28,118 nucleotides of DNA from an uncultured Phycisphaeraceae bacterium (GTDB taxonomy: Bacteria; Planctomycetota; Phycisphaerae; UBA1845): contig CAZBFW010000002.1 of NCBI GenBank assembly GCA_964491135.1, positions 1-28,118 of the forward strand, read 5' to 3'. Below the pieces are notes generated by a model. That model was not told the origin of the DNA. It saw only the letters and a program-made list of their open reading frames with translations, and did not search any database. Each line of letters opens with the position of its first letter. Position 1 is the first letter of the stretch. A program made the translations under genes and the position numbers. Shown here in pieces: positions 16,801 to 22,376 of the stretch.

Positions 16801-16978
16801 GGCGCCGACGGTCGCCGCCGACTCGCGCCGGCGCAGCTTCGAAGAGGTGGAGCTGTCGTTTTCCGTCGAAGAGGCCACCTGCGAGGCGCGGCGGTGCCTG
16901 CGGTGCGATCTGGAGTTCACGGAGCCCCGCGAAGACGCGCTGCCCTCTGCGGCGGCGGAGGGAGGAGCAGCATGGTAG
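13805..16978 (+). CDS. NuoF/HydB-like FMN/NADH subunit fused to a GltD/NfnB-like FAD/NADPH module
   Basis: ATG 13805; 1057 aa. N-terminal GTCG/TGCHGFC domain, SGLRGRGGAGFPTG, NADEGDPGAYMDR, GAGAFVCGEETAL, GGPSGG, ESCGKCFTCRKG...CGLG. Then PCQTACP, CARVCSHPCETHC, GSGPAG, GGGDSAVD, YRRTR, VFAGGDVVTGP, EARRCLRCD. Confidence 0.92.
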   Translation: MQRPKSIDDFRALQARLYTDRDASISSIVISAGTCGQASGANDLIRATKRELLSRGLAERIHLRITGCHGFCEAEPSILVEPRGTFYPRVPVDAIPRIVEAVAHDAVLEDLLFVDPQTGAPIEKQPDVPFFRGQVRTLLSRNEKVDPIRISNCIENGGYSALVQVLERGEPGWVIAQIKASGLRGRGGAGFPTGTKWEMLARQPDGRGKIVVCNADEGDPGAYMDRSVLEGNPHSIIEGMLIGAYATGAGEGVIYVRNEYPLAIKHLLIALRQCRDLGLLGDSVLGTSLRFDVRLVRGAGAFVCGEETALMRSIEGRMGEPRQRPPFPMQKGIDGRPTVINNVETWANVPVIITEGAERFAATGTARSGGTKIFSLVGKIRHTGLVEVPMGITIEKIAYDIGGGPRDHGRIKAVQTGGPSGGCIPARMFSLPIDYDSLAKAGSIMGSGGMIVMDESTCMVDVAKYFMRFLKDESCGKCFTCRKGTQRMYEILDDISSGRGTMTQLDLLEELAQVVKDTSMCGLGQSAPNPVLSTLRYFREEYEEHIRDHRCRAMVCKELVGAPCQTACPLGTEAWRYVAHIARGEYEEAYRVIREANPFPSVCARVCSHPCETHCRSGEAGKKPIAIRALKRFITDRIDPSTYRPQRRNGASEDAAKIAIIGSGPAGLTAAHYLSLSGYRVTVFEADDRPGGMLVSGIPSYRLPRDVLRKEIESVIDDRVSLRCKAALGKDITIDGLFEEGFRAVFLAMGAHKSRKLNLEGEDVEGVFPAIQFLKTFNLSGKQSAHGRVGVIGGGDSAVDAAGVAIRQPEVQSVTIFYRRTRQEMPAQERDVEAVLEEGVTLETLTSPVRILTDHGRLAGIECVRNRLGEIDSSGRRKPVPIPGSEHVVLLDTLIVTIGDIPDIEYMASMGIEVTDWGTIRVDEKTLATSRAGVFAGGDVVTGPNTVVEAIASGKKAAVMIDRWVRGEELKQPVMPRLPRVYVPPPIDAEEAVEGDRVKAPTVAADSRRRSFEEVELSFSVEEATCEARRCLRCDLEFTEPREDALPSAAAEGGAAW

Positions 16979-17649
16979 AACTGAAGATCAACGGTCTGCA
17001 CGTTTCCATGCCCGAGGGTTCCACCTTGCTGGAGGCGGCCCGGTTCCTCGGATTCCCGATCCCGACGTTGTGTCACATGGACGGGCTCGAGCCCTATGGC
17101 GCGTGCCGGCTGTGCGTCGTCGAGATCGGGCGCGAGCCGAAGGCCCGACTGGTGACGGCATGCACGTATCCGGTTCAGGAGGGGTTGGAGGTTCGGACCG
17201 CGTCCTCGCGCGTGGTTCGAGCCCGCGTGATGATCCTGGAGCTGCTGCTGGCCTCGTGCCCGCAGTCCCGGACGATTCAGGACCTGGCGGCGGCCCACAA
17301 CGTGCGGCAGCAGCGGTTCCGCCAGGAACAGGAGGACTGCATCCTGTGCGGACGGTGCGTGCGGATGTGCAAGGAGCAGATGATGGCGGGGGCCATCGGC
17401 TTCCGCGGGCGCGGCGAGAACCGGAGCATCGGCACGCCGTTTGACCTGCGATCGGAACAGTGCCGCCTGTGCGGCGGCTGCATCTACGTCTGCCCGGCCT
17501 GCCAGTTGCGCTGCACGTACAATGAACCGGACAAGGCCGTCTGCGGCGGCTGCGCCAACCTGAGTCCGCCGTGTATCGAGAAAGAACCGTTCGACGACAT
17601 GATGTGCTACATGAGCCCCTGTGTCGCCTGCGAGATTCCGAAAGAGTAG
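16972..17649 (+). CDS. NuoG/HydA N-terminal-like Fe-S subunit ([2Fe-2S] + 2x[4Fe-4S]) with a Cys-rich tail
   Basis: ATG 16972 overlaps the upstream TAG, RBS GGAGG; 225 aa. IPTLCH..GACRLCVV..TAC, CILCGRCVRMC, CRLCGGCIYVCP. No H-cluster or molybdopterin domain. Confidence 0.9.
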   Translation: MVELKINGLHVSMPEGSTLLEAARFLGFPIPTLCHMDGLEPYGACRLCVVEIGREPKARLVTACTYPVQEGLEVRTASSRVVRARVMILELLLASCPQSRTIQDLAAAHNVRQQRFRQEQEDCILCGRCVRMCKEQMMAGAIGFRGRGENRSIGTPFDLRSEQCRLCGGCIYVCPACQLRCTYNEPDKAVCGGCANLSPPCIEKEPFDDMMCYMSPCVACEIPKE

Positions 17650-17683
17650 CCCACAACACATGGTAATCGAGGAGAAGGCCGCA

Positions 17684-19273
17684 ATGTCACTGACGTTCTC
17701 AAGGGTGAACTCGTCCGCCGCGACGCTGACGAAGAACCGTACGGAAGAGTCGATTTCGCCCAATTCCGGCATGTGCGTCACCTGCGTGGACGGCTGCATC
17801 GGCATGTGCGAGATCGGCAAGTCCGCCTATCGCGGCCACGAGGTGATCTATCCCCAGCCGTTCGGCGTGATCACGACAGCCGCGGAGAAGACCTACCCGA
17901 TCGACTACTCGCATTTCAACATCATGGGGACGGCGGTGGGGGCGTACGGCATCGACGCCGACAGCGACAAGGCCATCTTCCCCGCCGTGAACCTGGAAGT
18001 GTGCTTCGGGCACGACCGCGGCATCAAGTTCCGCTACCCGTGGCTGATCCCGGGAATCGGCTCAACCAACATCGCCAAGAACAACTGGGAGGGCCTGGCG
18101 ATCGGGTCGGCGCTGGCGGGCACGGGGCTGACCATCGGCGAAAACGTGGTCGGCATGGATCCGGAATCCGTCATCAAGAACGGCCGGGTGGTCGACACGG
18201 TCGATCTGAAGCGCCGGGTCAGCCTGTACAAGGATCACCAGCGCGACGGCTACGGCGCGATCATCGTCCAGGCGAACGTGGAGGACACGCGCCTCGGCGC
18301 CCAGGAATACGCCATCGAACGACTGGGGGTCGAGTGCGTGGAGCTGAAGTGGGGCCAGGGCGCCAAGGACATCGGCGGCGAGGTCAAGGTCAACAACCTG
18401 AAGAAGGCGCAGACTCTGTACGAGCGCGGGTACGTCGTGCTGCCGAACCCGACCGATCCGCACGTGATCAAGGCGTTCGAGCGGGGTGCGTTCAAGGAGT
18501 TCGAGCGGCACTCCCGCGTGGGCATGGTCAGCGAGGAATCCTTCGCCAGGCGGGTCGAAGAGCTTCGCCAGGCCGGCGCGAAGTACGTGTTCCTCAAGAC
18601 GGGCGCCTATCGCCCCGCGGACCTGGCCAGAGCCATCCTGTTCGCCAGCAAGTACAAGCTCGACCTGCTCACCGTGGACGCGGCCGGGGGCGGCACGGGC
18701 ATGAGCCCGTGGCGAATGATGAACGAGTGGGGCGTACCCCCGGTGGAGCTGCATTCCCTGCTGCACGAGTATGCCGTCCGGCTCAGCGAGAAGCGTCACA
18801 AGCTGCCGGCCCTGGCCGTCGCGGGCGGATTCACGTTTGAGGACCAGATCTTCAAGGGACTCGCGCTGGGGGCGCCGTTCGTGAAGCTGGTGGGCATGGC
18901 CCGGTCGCCGATCGCGGCGGCCATGGTGGGCAAGACGATCGGCCGGGCGATCAACGAGGGGCAGTTGCCGGTCTACGTGGAGCGATTCGGCACCACGCTG
19001 GACGAGATTTTCGTGACGGCCGGCACCTTGCGGCGAGAGTTGGGGGACCAGGCGTTCGAGCGTCTGCCGGCCGGCGCCCTCGGGCTGTACACGTACTACG
19101 AGCGGCTGGCCCAGGGCCTGCGGCAGCTTATGTGCGGCAGCCGGAAGTTCGCCCTGGAGCACATTTCCCGTGGTGACCTGGCGGCCCTGACCCGGGAGGC
19201 GTCGCAGGTCAGCGGCATCCCGTACATCACGGACGTCGATCGCGAGGAGGTGGAGCGGATTCTGCAGGGCTAG
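17684..19273 (+). CDS. FMN-binding glutamate synthase family protein (stand-alone GltB FMN domain, no glutamine amidotransferase domain)
   Basis: ATG 17684 with RBS GAGGAG; 529 aa. ELKWGQGAKDIGGE, LKTG, LTVDAAGGGTGMSP, AGG..DQIFKGLALGA, QGLRQLM. N-terminal CVTCVDGCIGMC. Confidence 0.88.
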   Translation: MSLTFSRVNSSAATLTKNRTEESISPNSGMCVTCVDGCIGMCEIGKSAYRGHEVIYPQPFGVITTAAEKTYPIDYSHFNIMGTAVGAYGIDADSDKAIFPAVNLEVCFGHDRGIKFRYPWLIPGIGSTNIAKNNWEGLAIGSALAGTGLTIGENVVGMDPESVIKNGRVVDTVDLKRRVSLYKDHQRDGYGAIIVQANVEDTRLGAQEYAIERLGVECVELKWGQGAKDIGGEVKVNNLKKAQTLYERGYVVLPNPTDPHVIKAFERGAFKEFERHSRVGMVSEESFARRVEELRQAGAKYVFLKTGAYRPADLARAILFASKYKLDLLTVDAAGGGTGMSPWRMMNEWGVPPVELHSLLHEYAVRLSEKRHKLPALAVAGGFTFEDQIFKGLALGAPFVKLVGMARSPIAAAMVGKTIGRAINEGQLPVYVERFGTTLDEIFVTAGTLRRELGDQAFERLPAGALGLYTYYERLAQGLRQLMCGSRKFALEHISRGDLAALTREASQVSGIPYITDVDREEVERILQG

Positions 19274-19647
19274 GCGCCACCGATGGACTCCATGACGGTT
19301 TGCATCGGCAGCTCAATCGCATACCGGGCCAGCAGGACAACCGCCAGGCTCAGGAGAACCACCGCCCAGCAGGACGCCAGCGCAACTCGTCGTATCGTGA
19401 TGATCGCCACGACGCCCAGGCACACGCCGAGCCATGAGACGGCCATGGGCACCCAAGGCACGCGCAGGATGAACTGCGTCAGGACGGGCGTCTGCGCCCC
19501 AAAGTCCCGGAGGAACGCCTTCCGCGTGGGGATGTAATCCAGCGCAAGATACGCCGAACAAACCACGAGAAGCACGCCCAGCGCGGTACCGATGAATCCC
19601 AGGAGCCGGTAAAGGAACACATCCGCCCGCTGTTCGTCAGCATTCAT
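19270..19647 (-). CDS. Small 3-TM membrane protein resembling a PilC/GspF transmembrane fragment
   Basis: 125 aa, three hydrophobic segments. IPTRKAFLRDFGAQTPVLTQFIL and terminal LPMQTVMESIG recall PilC VP.F...F..FGA.LP..TQ and the terminal LP motif. Confidence 0.65.
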   Translation of the reverse strand: MNADEQRADVFLYRLLGFIGTALGVLLVVCSAYLALDYIPTRKAFLRDFGAQTPVLTQFILRVPWVPMAVSWLGVCLGVVAIITIRRVALASCWAVVLLSLAVVLLARYAIELPMQTVMESIGGA

Positions 19648-19772
19648 GGTGCGCCAGCCTCCAAGGCTGAGCCCCGGCGAGGATCGATTCGGGAGCCGCC
19701 TGCGTTCAGGCCGTCCGTCAACGGCACGGCTCCGTTCGCGGAATGTGATCCACCGGGCCAGTCTCAGAGCGA

Positions 19773-20225
19773 TTATCCATCGATTCGCGTTTCATCCGAT
19801 TCATCGGTCTCATCTCCTGCAGGATAGAGGGATAATTCAATCCCAATTCCCAGGTTTCCCGCTTCCCGAAGCAGAGTCGAGGGCAAGTAATCGCATTGCC
19901 CTACTATGCCCAGACGGCCAATCCGCAGCTCATAGGGAAAATCAAGTCGAACGTCCTCCACGTTTGGAAAGCCAACCAGCCGTTCAAGCTCGTCGTGAAA
20001 TCTGCGGAGAAAGCTGATGGCATCATCGATTTGCCCGGGAAGGTCGTCCCATTCCCGTTTGCTGACATCGATCTTCAAGCCGGAAACGTCAAAGCAGGTC
20101 TTGTTTCGCGAGCTTTCTGGAAACCTACGCTCCCCTTTGTGGAAGATCTGATAGGGAGACAAGTTCGAGTCCCTCATGAACTCGTCTACGTCGAATTGCT
20201 CACCGGACACTCTTAGCACACACAT
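19773..20225 (-). CDS. Hypothetical acidic protein, possibly DUF4279-like
   Basis: 150 aa. MCVLRVSGEQFDVDEF...HKGE...LDF...LP..LL..AG.LGIGIELSLYP pattern. Sequence looks less GC-rich than the core genes. Confidence 0.6.
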   Translation of the reverse strand: MCVLRVSGEQFDVDEFMRDSNLSPYQIFHKGERRFPESSRNKTCFDVSGLKIDVSKREWDDLPGQIDDAISFLRRFHDELERLVGFPNVEDVRLDFPYELRIGRLGIVGQCDYLPSTLLREAGNLGIGIELSLYPAGDETDESDETRIDG

Positions 20226-20488
20226 TTGCCTCTTCCGTTTCGTTGCCTATGCCACGAGAAATCGGACACAGGTTCTTCCCTTTGCACGAAGCTCCCGTCT
20301 TTGCACACATTTTGGACAAGGAAACTACCTGAACCGCATGTCTGTCGATGGAGGGTCACGGTTTTCCCTGCCAAAACGAAAAACTCTCTGCCCGCCTGCC
20401 GCTTGCCCTGCATCATGGGTGGGGGGCAAATTCGCAACCCTCCCTTTTTCTCGCTTGGGTCTATTCCCTTGCAGCCTGCACACGCAGT

Positions 20489-20998
20489 TCATTTGTCGCC
20501 GTCGCCCACGTGGGCAGGGCTATCTCGATGCGGTGATAGGAACTCTTCGACAAACAATCCCCGCTCGCGTGCGAACGCCCGCGACTGATCGCAGGGAACG
20601 GGCACACCGATATACATGTAATAGTCCCAGCCGAAGTGCACAAAGCTGTCGCCGGCTTCAAGCTTGCACCAGGCCATGTCGCGCAGGATGAGCCGCATCA
20701 GGCATGCCGCCTGCTCTTGATCGAGATCACTCCCTTCGCGGACGTTGAGCTTTGCCGCCTCGCCACCGTTGTCTTCAAGCTGACGGACGGTGACGGTTGG
20801 CACTCCGGCTTCACTCAGAAAGCGGATTGCGGTGGCGACGTAGGCATCCTCGGTCCGCAGATATTCCTCCAGAGTCAGCTTGCTCCCGCCGATGATGCCT
20901 CCAACCTGCGAGAACATCGTCCAGTCGTCCCCTTTGTAGACGCCGTTCTCGCCCCGCTTGCCTGGGTCGTATTTTGTCACGCGGTACTCGTAGACCAT
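20489..20998 (-). CDS. Conserved-type hypothetical protein (YRVTKYDP...WCKL...VHFGWDYYMYIG family)
   Basis: 169 aa from ATG 20998. Aromatic-rich motifs YRVTKYDP, DDWT, EYL..ED.Y, LRDMAWCKL, FVHFGWDYYMYIG look like a natural protein family; function unknown. Confidence 0.75.
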   Translation of the reverse strand: MVYEYRVTKYDPGKRGENGVYKGDDWTMFSQVGGIIGGSKLTLEEYLRTEDAYVATAIRFLSEAGVPTVTVRQLEDNGGEAAKLNVREGSDLDQEQAACLMRLILRDMAWCKLEAGDSFVHFGWDYYMYIGVPVPCDQSRAFARERGLFVEEFLSPHRDSPAHVGDGDK

Positions 20999-21043
20999 GA
21001 TGAACCCCCGATATCCCAAAACCGGGACGGAACCTCGAAACGG

Positions 21044-21191
21044 GGACGCAGCTCGTTTTCAGGGACGAACTCGGTCCGATCCTGACCTCGGTTCCCCTCG
21101 CCTCGTGCGGCAGAGCCCCGTGGACCGGGCAGGATCCGCGACCCTGCAAAAGGAGCCGCGTCAATACCCTCGGCCCAAACGAGCTGCGTCC
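21044..21191. mobile_element. MITE-like or REP-like 148-bp element with perfect 15-bp terminal inverted repeats
   Basis: GGACGCAGCTCGTTT (21044-21058) and AAACGAGCTGCGTCC (21177-21191) are exact reverse complements. No ORF inside, no target duplication seen. Confidence 0.55.
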
Positions 21192-21212
21192 TATCGAGAT
21201 GCGCCGCGCATG

Positions 21213-21638
21213 CTACCACTCCCACCCTGACTCACGCAGGAACGCCAGTACGCGACGGCGTCGCAATAAACGCAGGTTCACCCGGAATACCTGCTGTTCT
21301 GTCTGGAGGTCAAAGCTGCTCCAGAACGAGTACTGGATCGAATCCACCGCCTCTCGAGGAACCACAATAACACGCCCCTTCTTCCATCGGATCGGCCAGT
21401 CCGGGTGCTGGGTAATCTCAGGTGGGAGCTTCGAAAGATCGCCTTCCATGATCTCGCGTTTTCCGCTGGAAAGGGCCTCCAGGGCGGCGCCCACCAGACC
21501 GAGGGTCGCGCCAAGGGCACTACTCACCAGACAAAGGAAGAATGCATCGCTGGAAGCAACCACCGGGCCCCAGTAATGCTTGGCCCTCAGTCCTCTGCCG
21601 ATCAGAACCTCGCCGCCAACGCGCATGTACGCGGGCAT
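21213..21638 (-). CDS. Hypothetical protein with a central Gly/Ala hydrophobic segment
   Basis: ATG 21638 with RBS GGAGG; 141 aa. SSALGATLGLVGAALEALS segment, then a beta-rich C-terminus (VIVVPREAVDSIQY). Confidence 0.65.
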   Translation of the reverse strand: MPAYMRVGGEVLIGRGLRAKHYWGPVVASSDAFFLCLVSSALGATLGLVGAALEALSSGKREIMEGDLSKLPPEITQHPDWPIRWKKGRVIVVPREAVDSIQYSFWSSFDLQTEQQVFRVNLRLLRRRRVLAFLRESGWEW

Positions 21639-21939
21639 CGCAAAACCCTCCAAATGCCCAACAGGTGTCACCAACGGTGGTTCAGCCATCGTTGGGTTTC
21701 GATCATCTGGCCGGCGCCATCATACAATTTGGATGTTCTTCCTGAAAGACGCGGCATAATCGCCACGTCGTCGTGTCGGTGAAGCCAACTGAGCCCGATC
21801 GCGGGGATATCCCTTACGATCGCCTCGTTGCACGCCACGCGCGCCGTGACTCCGCGTTCTCCAGAACCACGGTTTCGCCGACTATGACATGCGATTGTCT
21901 CAAGGCACCCTGAGAGGCAAGGACGGTGATCAGGAGAGC

Positions 21940-21956
21940 GTCCGCCTCGGGCGGAC
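21940..21956. repeat. REP-like hairpin GTCCGCC-TCG-GGCGGAC
   Basis: Perfect 7-bp stem in a non-coding stretch. Confidence 0.4.
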
Positions 21957-22182
21957 TCTGTGCTTCGCGGGCTCGGCAGGCTGATGGCGTTCGAGGCTGT
22001 GCATCTCTGCCACCCTTCAACATCCCCGCGCCCTGACCTCTGACGTTCAACCGAGACGCGGGACGGAGGCATGTCGTCAATGCAGGCCGGTGGGGCCGCG
22101 GGTGGGATGGGCCCGCACGCACCACTCACCGCAAAGACCGGCTGGATCCCGGCGCGTCCCGGCTCGCCGAGATCCCGCAGAC

Positions 22183-22220
22183 ACTGGAGAACTGGAGAAC
22201 TCGAAACTGGAGACTAGAAA
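22183..22220. repeat. Degenerate 7-8-nt tandem repeat (ACTGGAGA ACTGGAGA ACTCGAA ACTGGAG ACTAGAA)
   Basis: Five imperfect ACTNGA(A/G) units seen directly. Confidence 0.65.
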
Positions 22221-22227
22221 GAGGAAT

Positions 22228-22310
22228 GACCGGCTGGAAAGCCGGTCCCACAAAGCAAGGCCGGTCCCACAAAGACGGGCCGGTCCCACAAAGACGGGCC
22301 GGTCGCACGG
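22228..22310 (-). repeat. GTGG-tagged REP palindrome followed by a 19-bp tandem amplification of its arm
   Basis: Minus strand GTGG-GACCGGCT-TTCC-AGCCGGTC at 22251-22228. Plus-strand units GCCGGTCCCACAAAG(CAAG/ACGG) start at 22241, 22260 and 22279, with a partial unit at 22298. Confidence 0.75.
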
Positions 22311-22376
22311 CAAAACCTGTGTAGCCGTCGCCGTGTTGCGCGGGTTGGGGGCGCGGCCTGCGCCGGGCGGGGGCGC

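Noticed and set aside
12891-17649. Respiratory complex I nuoEFG or an [FeFe]/[NiFe] hydrogenase operon
   Set aside because: No membrane nuo genes, no H-cluster motifs and no NiFe large subunit. NuoF is fused to GltD and the NuoG-like protein is only 225 aa.
20280-20320. TTTGCACACATTTTGGACA resembling an IS256-type terminal repeat, with a CTTTGCAC direct repeat
   Set aside because: Single end only, with no partner inverted repeat or transposase remnant; the resemblance is from memory and too weak.
22030-22062. CCCTGAC...TTCAACCG resembling one end of an integron attC site
   Set aside because: No complementary opposite end within attC distance on either strand, and no similar sites between the other small genes.
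22241-22310. Possible mini-CRISPR array
   Set aside because: 19-bp period with no unique spacers and no cas genes; the unit derives from a REP arm.
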